64,000 nucleotides of DNA from Eledone cirrhosa (Eukaryota): assembly GCA_964016885.1 (NCBI GenBank), contig OZ024744.1:83390001-83454000 (forward strand), written 5' to 3'. How positions within the stretch are numbered: the stretch's first letter is position 1; the number at the start of each line of letters is the position of its first letter. Under the pieces are notes generated by a model. The model did not search any database, was not told the DNA's origin, and worked only from the letters and a program-made list of their open reading frames with translations. Shown here piece by piece: positions 15,761 to 27,155 of this stretch. The position numbers were made by a program, and so were the translations under genes.

Positions 15761-16174
15761 TAACTTTACACTAACTACAAGGATATCTATGCAATTATAA
15801 GGACATTCAACACCATTTATGGTGGATAAAAGGAAACTGGAATATTTCCATCAGTTAGTTTATAATTTAAATGCTGATGATAATAATTATCACGATATTC
15901 ATGATTTCGGTAGCTATTTTATGAGTAGGGACCACTCTCATGGCGATCGTACTTTTAAAATATATTTAAACAGCTTTTGAAAGGAGATAGATTGCTTTTA
16001 ACAGAATAATGTACATAATACATAAGGTAAACATAAATGAATGAGTGGCCAAGAAGAAATGGGTTGATGGTGCTGTTCAATTCTAGTCTATCGCCACAAG
16101 CTGTAAAGTGTTCTTAAAATATCTAATATTACGGTGGAACGCACAGAAAATACAATTAATTGTTATGAAAGAAA

Positions 16175-16351
16175 TCATCATCATCATCATCGTTTAACGT
16201 CTATCTCCCTTGCTAGCTAGCATTGGTTAGACGGGTTTGTCCCACTTGAGGCAAGATTGGTCGGGTGACCATGTATCACTCGTATAGAACTGTTTCTGGC
16301 TGGTTTTCTATGGCTGGATGCCCTTCCTAACGCCAACCACATTTACAGTGT
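16175..16351 (-). mobile_element. SINE-like family 2, 3' part
   Basis: (CAT)n then GGCTGGATGCCCTTCCTAACGCCAACCAC; reverse homolog of 5600-5789. Confidence 0.7.
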
Positions 16352-16502
16352 AATTATTTATTTCAGTCTTCTGTTCATTAAATCGTAATAATCACCATAT
16401 TTAATGCTATGATGAGCTAATTGAAAATCAACCACGAGAAACTTGCAAATAGTTGTATATGATATGATTCACATGAAAATATGCAATGAATTATTGTAAG
16501 TG

Positions 16503-16625
16503 AAGGCGCGTGGTTGATTGGTTAGAGAACTGGCTTCGCAATTGAGAGGCTGTGATTTCGATTACTGGACCAGGCGATGTGTTATGTCCTTGAGCAAAGC
16601 ACTTTATTTCACGTTGCTCCTTCTG
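16503..16625 (+). mobile_element. tRNA-derived SINE family 3 (CORE-like), 5' part
   Basis: A-box-like TGGTTGATTGGTTAGAG and GTCCTTGAGCAAAGCACTTTATTTCAC core; homolog of 58433-58767. Confidence 0.7.
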
Positions 16626-17109
16626 CCTGGAGTTGCGACCAATAAATTAGATAGTATTAGCAATTGGAAAGACCAACGGAAACATTTTTTTCCTCGGTCC
16701 AATTTGAAGAAAGTCGATCGACTGTCGATTATTGTAAAATTTTATTAAATTTAGTTCATATTTTACCTGTTATCCATCTTTTAACGATCAAGCAGAACTT
16801 CTTGAGGATAATACAGAAAGTAGAGTAAAATTACTTGCACACATAATGTATACTTCAAAACTGTTTCGCTACAGTCAAACTGCAACTTAATGTAATCTTG
16901 TAATTGTCATACATTTTCATGAAAATATTTAAATAAAATGTTGCTTTGTAGAATAATGACTGTTATAATACGTAGAAATACTATATTATGGATGAGAGAT
17001 AATATAGGATTCTGGTGCCTTAACATTTTACACATTTTTGGACGCTGGTGAAATCGAAACTATGTTATGAATTCTAGAGCAAGAAAATAAATAATAATAA
17101 TAATGATAA

Positions 17110-17690
17110 TTTTTTGTAATATTCTCTAGGTGAAGTGTTAATTAGCTTCAGATCAGTCCCTCATCTCAGAGGCCCAATATATGAAGCATGATTCTGGCAG
17201 CAGTTCTAGTAATGGTAGAAATTTGGGCACTGCATATGAAGTCGGATATCCCAAGGCTTTTGGTGAAATGTATAGCGTTTAGAGACCGTTCCTAGCGTTC
17301 CAATGATGATTGGCACAATTTCTGTCTCTAAATGGGGCTCAATAATAATAGCGCCTGCAAGGTCTGCATACTAATTGATATTTCCCAATACCTTTTCAAT
17401 CACATTGTCGTCATGGGGGGGGGGGCACAATATCAATTATCGTTCATTGAGTGGGGTACAATAATATCAGGGTGGTTCTATCGGACTTTGCACAACACGC
17501 AATGAACTTTTTTCGCGATAAGATCTTATGGTATTTTATAAGAGTTTATAATTGGAGCACAAAGACTAGTTCTTCCTACCAATTCGGTGAAGCATAACAT
17601 CTACAAAACGTCTGACACACAGAAATGCAGACTCTGTGGAAAGAATGTGGAAAATGTAACTCACTTAGTAAGTAGATTCGAAATCCAAAC
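17110..17690. pseudogene. degenerate, rearranged R4/Dong-type RLE LINE fragments
   Basis: Minus strand 17165-17440 reads ..ETEIVPIIIGTLGTVSKR..ARIMLHILGL*; plus strand 17560-17685 reads ..KCRLCGKNVENVTHLVS (CCHC-knuckle region). Confidence 0.6.
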
Positions 17691-18400
17691 ACATTTTAGC
17701 TGCCCAAGATCAAAGCTTATTGAGTCGTAATTACCAGGCCAATGTGATGAGAAATGGAATAAACCCAAAGTGCCGATTCTGCAATGCTAAGGTTGAAACA
17801 GTGGATCACTTAGTCTCTGGATGTAAAGTTTTAACACCAGTAGAATACAAATATAGACATGACAGAGTTGGCCAACATCTACACTGGGTAATATGTCGGC
17901 ATTTCAGGACCATAAAAGCAAATAGACCTGACATCATTGTAAAAGATCAACATAACAAGATCTGTTTATTGATAGATATGAGCATCCCATGTGATCACAT
18001 ATCGCGGCAAAAGAATTTGACAAGCTACGAAAATATAAAGATCTGCTTATTGAAATTGAGAAAATGTGGCACCTCAAGGCCGTTAAAATACCAGTGATTG
18101 TGGGAGGACTGGAAATGATCAAGAAAGGAACAGATCAATATTTGCGAATGATTCCTGGTTTACCCTCTCTGCACGAGGTGCAAAACATTGTTTTGACTGG
18201 TACTGCACACGTATTGAGAAGAGCACTATCTCTGTAAGATTGATATCCCTCCTTGTATTTACATATGCATATGCACATGTGTATATATGTATACTTTTTT
18301 TTATTATAATCAATGTCCTGTATAAACTGGCTTACCAATGCACACTGTGAATTTATTTGCCCTAGGTGTCAGGACGACACTCGGCATATATCTCAGAAAC
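17690..18400 (+). pseudogene. 5'-truncated R4/Dong-clade non-LTR retrotransposon (zinc knuckle + restriction-like endonuclease)
   Basis: CRFC..ETVDHLVSGC, RHD, NRPDII..LIDMSIP, then after a frameshift KLRKYKDL..MWHLKAVKIPVIVGGL..TAHVLRRALSL* (stop at 18237); AAT-rich tail follows the inserted SINE. Confidence 0.85.
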
Positions 18401-18403
18401 AAT

Positions 18404-18588
18404 AATTGTTTCTATTTTAGGCACAAGGCCAGCAATTACCAGTACATTACTGGTACTTTATTTTATCGACCCCGTAAGGATGAAAGGCAAAGTTAACCTC
18501 GGCCGGATTTGAACTCAGATCGTAAAGGGACGTAACTATGCTGGAAAGCATGTCCGACCCTCTACCGATACTACCAATTCACCGCCCC
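18404..18588 (-). mobile_element. SINE family 1 inserted at the 3' end of the R4 element
   Basis: TSD TATCTCAGAAACAATAAT at 18389-18406 and 18589-18606. Confidence 0.9.
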
Positions 18589-19899
18589 TATCTCAGAAAC
18601 AATAATGAAAGATAATAATAAAAAATAAATAAATTAATTAATAATTAAATAAATGAAGATATACGTTTTCTAAGCTACATTAACAAACTTATTGCAGCCA
18701 TTTCAATATCCCTCAAAACGTATTCGAGCAGATCGTGCTAAAATTAAACCTCGTACATTGGAACACTAGGGAATGTATTAAAAATAATGAATAGCATATT
18801 CTGCTGTGAATTAGATGAGCAGTCCCGATATATTTAAAATTACAGAGCGTGAGGGGAGACTACAGGGTGTTAGAAAGCAGTTTGGGAAGGCAATTAACGC
18901 GGCATATTGCCTTAGAAATTCATACGGAAACCTATCGACTGTGGGTAATAAATTAATCATTCAGAGGCTATGACACAATGGCATTACAAGAAACTGAGCT
19001 CTATTTTTGACAGTCGAAATCTGAAGTTAAAAGAGCTACTAAAATGAACACGTAAACAGAAAACCGGGTGACAAAGATATAGAATTATACATCCTAATGG
19101 TGCCAACAATATAGAACCATAAATGGATAAAAGATGCACTAGTCAATTCTTACTTGAAAATATTGGTTTACATGTAAAATAAAATAAAATAAAATAAAAT
19201 AAAATAAAATAAAATAAAATAAAATAAAATAAAATTAAATTAAATTTAAAAAAAAGAAATTATTTTGTCTCTTTTCGCGCACCATACTATGACTACACTA
19301 TCCAATGAGTTTTGCCTTCTTTCAGAAGGCAAAGGTTTGAGACAGATTTGACTGCTATGTCTAGTAGTTCTAGAAATGAAGCAGCCCTTATTTTTATTGG
19401 TAACAATTTTATAGAGAAAAAAATGTTCTATAATTTTTAGTTTTTAAATTATCACTAAACTCCCTACCTTTATACAGTGTGTTAGTAAAACGAGTCTCGT
19501 AGAGCCTATCTAACTGCAGCATAACTTATCTTGTTTTGGTCTGTGGCGAAAAGACAGCACTATTGATCAATGAAGTAGTTGGAGGTGAGGAAATATCTTC
19601 AGACTATTATGAATGCTTTCAACAGAATGTACTACTCTAACGGCTGTCAAATACCTTATAGTAGAGTTAAACAGTGTCAAATTAAGCCTATCAAATAAGA
19701 ATAAAAATACTTCCCTCGGCGGTCTTGTACACAGTTTCCTTCAGCCAAATTTCGCTCACAAAGCTTCCATTTACACGAAACCACGGTAAAAGTCTCATGC
19801 AAAATGTTTCCCATACGCGTAATAGGGTTTAATTTGAAACAACACGAAATAGAGGGTCACAATTCAAACCTGTGCTATAAATCCTACTCACCGAGAACT

Positions 19900-20205
19900 T
19901 ACTACTACTACTACTCTATAAAGATCCCATAACTTGTGGAGTCGTAGAGGCACCGTCAAACGGCCTGTCTAGGGCACTTTTATTCCTGGCAGAGCCCAAC
20001 GCACTCCAGGTCTGAACACAGCCGATTTTTTCTACAGAGGAAGAATCGATCCCACTACTAGACTGGTAACTTTATTATTGACCTTGAAAGGATAAAAGGC
20101 AAAGTTGACAACGGCGGGATTTGAACTCAGAGCGCGCAATGAGGTGAGACGAATACCATAAAGCATTCTATCTGACGTCTTAACGACTCTGCCAATTCGC
20201 CGCCT
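19900..20205 (-). mobile_element. SINE with family-1-like head and core but a different 3' tail ending in (TAG)n
   Basis: Head GGCGGCGAATTGGCAGAGTCG, B box GAGTTCAAATCCCGCC, core TTTGCCTTTTATCCTTTC; unrelated ~140-bp 3' segment. Confidence 0.7.
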
Positions 20206-20668
20206 ATACTACTACATTACGATTACGATAACACTTTCACGGTGTGTCTTGTAGTTTAATCCAATAAGGCTACAAAATCTTTCATTGCCTACCGAATGAT
20301 GACACAGCCAGCCTAGTTGTTTCCACCTAAATCTGGCAGTCATTGATAACTAAGGCAGACGACGTTTGCTCGGGGATTATTGATAATATAACGATAATAA
20401 CATATAACATAAGAGGGATTAAAGCCCTGGGCAGCTATACTATATATTTTGTTAGGGATTTACACGCAGTAAGCTGGGCGTGGCCGATATAACAACTGAC
20501 ATATGGGAGGCAGCATTTGCCGAATTGATTTTCAACACACCTTTTTCTTCGTCACTCTGTCTATCTTTCTTTCCTTTATCTTTCTCGCTTTCTACCTCTC
20601 TCTTTCTCTCTTTTGCCTTGTCTCCCACTCCCTCTTTCAAACACGATCTGAAAAATATTGACACACAC

Positions 20669-20736
<68 letters not shown>

Positions 20737-21087
20737 ATACACGTAAACGCACACACTTCTGTTTTTCCGGTTTACAAAAACTTTTTTACTTCCTCTTTTT
20801 TTTCTTTTTGGTTTCCTCCCATTTTCATTCACGCGCGCACGCATCCACATGCGCACAGAGAGACGTGCTAACGCATTCGCACACACACGGTCAGACACAC
20901 GGACACACACACACACACACATATATACACTTTCTGCCAATCTCACTCTGTCTTTGTCTCTCTCTCTCTCTCTCTCTTTCTCTCTTTCATTCACTCACAC
21001 CTATTCTATTTTCACTCCCCTTTTACTATCTTGTACATATCTTACTCTCTCTTTCTGAATCTCCCAGAATCTCTCAGAATATCTCTT

Positions 21088-21119
<32 letters not shown>

Positions 21120-21697
21120 AATATGTAAATATACCCCCCCCCCTCTCTTTCTCTCTCTCGTTCTCTCCCTCTCTATTTCCTCTACTTTTCTCTGTCTGTC
21201 CGTTTTCTTTTAACTCCGTCGTCACTCAACCAATAACATCTCCTTCAGCTATGGCACCTTCTCTCAATTAATTCTTCTCATATCTTACTATCAACGATAT
21301 CAATATAAAGATAGAACACTTCACATAAGACACTTCACAAGCGACTATATGGCGAATAAAAGCGGGTCACTAACAGAGACAACACATGAGAAGTGTCTGG
21401 ATAATCGACACGAACTACTATCATTAAACAATGCTACAGTGACCACATTCTAGGCAAGACACGCCATTCCAAATATGAAATAAGGATTCACTCACTCTGT
21501 GTGGTTGTATTTTTTGAAGTGTGTGTGTGAGAGAGAGAGAGAAGGAGAGTGAGAGACTGAGAGTGTGTGTGTATGTGTGTGTGTGTGTGTGTGTGTGCGA
21601 TCGTGCGTGTGCGTGTATGTGTTTGTATCTTTACCTGTATACAAACATATATACATACACATATACATGCACTCAAACACACATACATTGACAACGA

Positions 21698-21774
<77 letters not shown>

Positions 21775-21775
21775 T

Positions 21776-21806
<31 letters not shown>

Positions 21807-21859
21807 AATTATATACATATACATACACATATATATAATTATATTATACACACACAGAT

Positions 21860-21938
<79 letters not shown>

Positions 21939-21941
<3 letters not shown>

Positions 21942-22144
21942 CGTTATTCCGGGTTGAATCGGAGGTAACCACAGTAAGTAAGGTACTCAATACATAGCAG
22001 AGTATAACAGTTTTAATATAGATGAGATTCTACAGGACTAGAACTGTTTCATTCATTAGAAATCATCAGGAATCCCGATGATTTCTAATGATTTCTAATG
22101 AATGAAACAGTTCTAGTCCTGTAGAATCTCATCTATATTAAAAC

Positions 22145-22145
<1 letters not shown>
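21939..22145 (-). mobile_element. TA-embedded fold-back element family A (Penelope pLTR-like)
   Basis: IR 22009-22067 vs ~22087-22145, both ends in (TA)n; rearranged homologs at 29289-29349 and 29705-29723. Confidence 0.8.
22024..22076 (-). ncRNA. type I hammerhead ribozyme
   Basis: GGGAUUC-CUGAUGA-U UUC uaau GAA U-GAA-ACAG uucuaguc CUGU-A-GAAUCUC: 7-bp helix I, 4-bp helix III, GUA cleavage triplet; helix II short with U.U first pair. Confidence 0.8.
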
Positions 22146-22178
<33 letters not shown>

Positions 22179-22490
22179 TACATATATGTGTGCGTTCGTC
22201 TGGCTGTCTGTGGCTGTCTGTGTGTCTGTCAGACAGTGTGTGTATAAGTGCGTGTGTATGTAAATATAAGAAAGAATTTAACCAATAGAAGTAGTAGAGG
22301 TATTTAGTCGCAGAAAGCTGATGATTCGCTTCAGAAGTAACTAGCGTTTCCCCCGCAACGAGAATTCCTTCAGGCGACAAATTTTCGTCGCCCTGAAGTA
22401 TGACACATAGTGAGTAACTTTAAATAGTAACGAATTCATCTGTATATGTTATGTATGTATGTGTGCGCGGTCTGGATTTTACATGTACCC

Positions 22491-22556
<66 letters not shown>

Positions 22557-22561
<5 letters not shown>

Positions 22562-22762
22562 AACCAGTAAGACCCCGACAGCTGAGCTCAAGCCGTTTCG
22601 ACGGCTAATTCTGGACGGCTAATTGGGTCCAGAATTAGCCGTCGAAACGGCTTGAGCTCAGCTGTCGGGGTCTTACTGGTTCCTATTACCCACTCTACTA
22701 CCTCAAGTATTGAGTACTTTGGTGCGTTATGGTCCACCTGGTTCCTTACCACATTTCCTTCG

Positions 22763-22765
<3 letters not shown>
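22557..22765 (+). mobile_element. family B element with a perfect 60-bp fold-back and the 3' half of a hammerhead
   Basis: 22557-22616 = reverse complement of 22627-22686; GACGGCTAATT..AATTAGCCGTC-GAA-ACGGCT..AGCTGT-C (helix II, GAAA, helix III, GUC); CUGANGA missing at the inversion point. Confidence 0.75.
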
Positions 22766-22833
<68 letters not shown>

Positions 22834-23549
22834 TAACATATATAACATTCAAAGGCATATATATATACATATATATATATACATATATAACATTCAAAGG
22901 CATATATGTATATAATTAGACATAGTCACGGATACATATATGAGTGTGGCTACCTTTCACGGTGTGGCTCAATGAAGAATTAATTAAGCAAATAATTATT
23001 AATCAGAGCTATATATAAATCTGCAAGTTTGAAGAATTATTAGATAAAATATATACAGTATTTCTGTATATATTTCATCTAATAATTCTTCAAACTTGCA
23101 ATTTTATATATATATATATATATTATGAATGTATGCGTATAAATGCGTGTATGCACGGGTGTATTTTGCGGGTATATATAAACAAATAGATATCAAAATT
23201 TACTAACGAAACATGTAGCACATGTCATTCTAAATGTATATCGAGTATATACTAAAACAATGTATGTAAAGGAAATATGTATGAAAACATATATAATATT
23301 TTTATCTATAATATGTATATATAAATTGAGCTTCGAATCTTTTAAGTCATGATCATGTCACAGTTATCTCATTAGTCATGTGAGAACGTCAGACAGTTGT
23401 TTTTCAGGATTGGTACTCCATCATTAGTAACGTATATTAACTCAGTAATGAGAGTAGAATAAGCTACAGCTTATTATATACGTTAAGCGTATAAAGCATA
23501 TGCTGAAGACGCTAATATGATATGTAAATATATACGTTTATATTATATT

Positions 23550-23624
23550 AACCACTCTACTGCACGAAGTATCGAGTATTCTGGTGCCTTTTGGTCCACA
23601 TGGTATCTTACCACACCCTCTTTG

Positions 23625-23628
<4 letters not shown>
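23550..23628 (+). mobile_element. family B 3' fragment
   Basis: CCACTCTACT..TCTGGTGCC..GGTCCACATGGTATCTTACCACA..GTTA then (TA)n. Confidence 0.7.
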
Positions 23629-23666
<38 letters not shown>

Positions 23667-23814
23667 ATAATAATAATAATAATAATAGTAATAATAATAA
23701 AATTGAAGACTAAAATCCAAAGAGGGCTCGATAAGGAAAATATATATCAAATATATAAGAACCGTAGAGCAAATATTTATTAAGTAACAGATTAAACTTT
23801 AATCTGTTACTTAA

Positions 23815-23888
<74 letters not shown>

Positions 23889-24473
23889 TATTATAAAATA
23901 ACAGGGCTGGACGGGTGTAATTCTTTAAAAGGTTTATCATAATATGATCATTTCAATTACCGGGTTGAGATTGAATCCGGTGACATCAGGTGTTCGAAAT
24001 AGAACAAAAGAATATAATAGACAAAATCCATGGGGCTGAAAATCAGAGACCGAATAACCAGTTCTATTCAGTGGTGAACCAACAAACCTAAATATATATT
24101 TATTTTGTTTGACCCGTTTAGCTTGCTTCGTTTTTTGGGGCTTAGGTGGTTGATAGTTTCTTAACCGCCGTCTCAGTTTGTATGGCGTTTATAACCTATT
24201 TATTGCTCTGGTCTCTTTAGGTCCATAAAGCACTTGCCAACACAACTCGGAAATTGTATTTTCGCTTATGTCTACTCGCCGAAATACGATTCTCGCTGAA
24301 TTTATATATATATATATTTTTTCATTCTGAGGATTGAAAGCAAAATATTTTGATTTTAAGAAATCACTGGTAAATGGAATAATTGCCTTATGTTGTTTAT
24401 TACATAACTATTAAGCTCTGTTACCTACATAGAGCACTCTTTTTTCTTGGACTTTTCCGACGGAATTACTTAA

Positions 24474-24549
<76 letters not shown>

Positions 24550-24810
24550 TTCATGTACATATATTAGCATTAGCCGTCACATAGCATCACTGATAATAGA
24601 AGCTTATTCTTGTCTGATTACATAGTGAGTAAATATGTCATTCATGACGAATTAAAATCCAGATACACCTGTCTGACATCATAACGCGACTACTGAGATA
24701 ATTGTGACATGAGCAGAGCTTAACATATTCATACCGAGACGCTTGTATGTTTATTATACATAAACGTATCATATTAGCATTCATATACACCGCTATCACA
24801 TATATATGTA

Positions 24811-24882
<72 letters not shown>

Positions 24883-24952
24883 TACCAAAGAAACGGTCGT
24901 AAATACCTGGATAAAATTCTTCTCTTAATGCTTACCTGTGTTTTCTCTTTTA

Positions 24953-25055
<103 letters not shown>

Positions 25056-25098
25056 CAATACATATATATACATATACAATACATATATATATATATGC

Positions 25099-25135
<37 letters not shown>

Positions 25136-25140
<5 letters not shown>

Positions 25141-26137
25141 TACGGAGGCATATCCGGGTGTAGGAGGCTTATCCGGGATTTCTTGAAGGAATTTATCCAA
25201 AGACTTCTTGAACTTGATGGGGTCTGTCTCTGCTTTGATGTGTTTTGGTGTAATGTTAAAGAATGCAGGGTCAATTGAGGTGAAATAATAGTGCCGTATT
25301 GTTGTTATGTGATGCGAGTGGGATTTTTGTCGTGGCCGGATAGCACGGGGCCCAAGCCTTGGGTGTACACTAAAGGTGATGCCAACATCATTTGGGCTAA
25401 GCTGATGGAATATTTTCCTCATCATACAGATAATGTAGCGCTCACGGCGACGTTGGAGAGAATAAAGGTTGAGCTTTTCTAATCGACCCCAATAGTCAAG
25501 GCCTGTCATGCCAACTATCTTTTTTGTAATTGACCTTTGGGGTGCTTCAACTTTCATGACACTTTGTTTCGTGTGGGGTGACCACAGTGGACAACAGTAT
25601 TCAAGGTGGGGTCGGGCAAAAGAGGAGAAGAGAAGGACAACAGTGTGGATATCTCTCGACTGGAAAGTTCTGAGAATCTAGGAACACATTCTGCGGGCCA
25701 TATCAACTTTGCTGTTTATATGAGTGGCCCAGCTTATATTGTTGTCCTCAATTACTCCCATGTCTCTGATGTTATTGGAAGCCACTAGAGTTTCACCCGA
25801 AGGAAGATAGTTTTAGGGCATCCTTTTTTCCAAAGTGGATTAGTTCAAATTTATCCTCATTCAACAGAATATTATTATTTTCTGCCCATTGAATAACAGC
25901 CAGTAGGTCTGACTGAAGACAAATCTGGTAACCCACCTCATTGATGACCCTTTGGAGCTTGGAATCATCTGCGAAGATTCTGATATTGCCGTGTTTGATG
26001 ATGTCAGTAATGTCATTAATGTAGATGATGAAAAGAAGTGGGCCCAACACAGTGCCTTGTGGGACGCCACTGCTCATTTTGGCAGGGCTTGATTTTACTC
26101 CTTCGACTACAGTATGTTGGGTTCTATCTGTCAGGAG
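25136..26137 (-). pseudogene. truncated CR1/L2-group LINE reverse transcriptase
   Basis: [62 protein letters not shown] motifs; frameshift and stop codon; flanked by TA repeats. Confidence 0.9.
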
Positions 26138-26207
26138 TATATATACACACATATATGCATACATATATATGTGATAGCGGTGTATATTAATGCTAATATG
26201 ATACGTT

Positions 26208-26308
<101 letters not shown>

Positions 26309-26448
26309 CCAAAGATTAATATGGTTCGTTGATTACTCAACGAATACAGTTTTACAATAGATTAGAAGCACTCAACAAAAATGTTTTCCTGGTGTTTTTA
26401 ATATTATTCAAAATGTTAACAAATGAAAAATATTCCCATAATCAAAAT

Positions 26449-26524
26449 ATATATTTTATTATATATATATATTTCAAAGGTACTGTGCTGTTTTTTCAGT
26501 ACGTCCTCATCAGACAAAATATAT
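26449..26524 (-). ncRNA. type I hammerhead ribozyme (family H)
   Basis: AUAUAUUUUGU-CUGAUGA-GGAC GUACUG..CAGUAC CUUU-GAA-(AU)n-A-AUAAAAUAUAU; AUA triplet. Confidence 0.8.
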
Positions 26525-26634
26525 GATTTGATATATGACATACCGCTACGGTATTGATTATTCAATTCCCGTATTGGCAGTGATATACGGGAATTGAATA
26601 ATCAAGACTGTAGCGGTATGTTATATATCAAATC

Positions 26635-26710
26635 ATATATTTTGTCTGATGAGGATGTACTGAAAAAACAGCACAGTACCTTTGAAATATATATATATAA
26701 TAAAATATAT
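26635..26710 (+). ncRNA. type I hammerhead ribozyme (family H)
   Basis: CTGATGA 26646-26652, GAAA 26684-26687, helix I ATATATTTTGT/ATAAAATATAT, helix II GTACTG/CAGTAC, helix III (AT)n. Confidence 0.8.
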
Positions 26711-26750
26711 ATTTTGATTATGCGAATATTTTTCATTTGTTAATATTTTG

Positions 26751-26833
<83 letters not shown>

Positions 26834-26874
26834 CACACACATATATTGAACCACCGTATATTTCATATATTGTC

Positions 26875-27155
26875 CCGGTTGTTTGAAATACGGAACAACC
26901 TGACAGGGAATTTAGCATGCAAGTGGCTCTGCATTCCCCAGACATGTACCCTCTTAACGTAGTTTTCAGGCAGATGTAACGTCAGATATGACTGGCACTT
27001 TGAAATACTGGTACATCGTTTACCAGCTAGCTGAGTGGATTGGACCAATGTGAAATAAAGTGACTTGCTCAAGGACACAATACTTCCCTCACGATTCAAA
27101 TTCACGACGTTACGATCATTGACTGATCACGTCAATCATTAAGCCCTGTGCATTC
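26875..27155 (-). mobile_element. SINE family 3-related copy
   Basis: GTGAAATAAAGTGACTTGCTCAAGGACACAA = reverse complement of the CORE-like segment; degenerate tRNA head. Confidence 0.65.

Larger units (their letters stand above)
26309..26758. mobile_element. family H fold-back element with two divergently oriented hammerheads
   Basis: Arms 26401-26574 and 26585-26758 are near-perfect reverse complements with a ~10-nt loop; both termini abut (TA)n. Confidence 0.85.

Noticed and set aside
22310-22400. Minus-strand CUGAAGG..GAAACGCUAGUU motif and a small palindrome at 22368-22398
   Set aside because: Core deviates and helix I cannot form next to the cleavage site; may be a decayed member of the same system.
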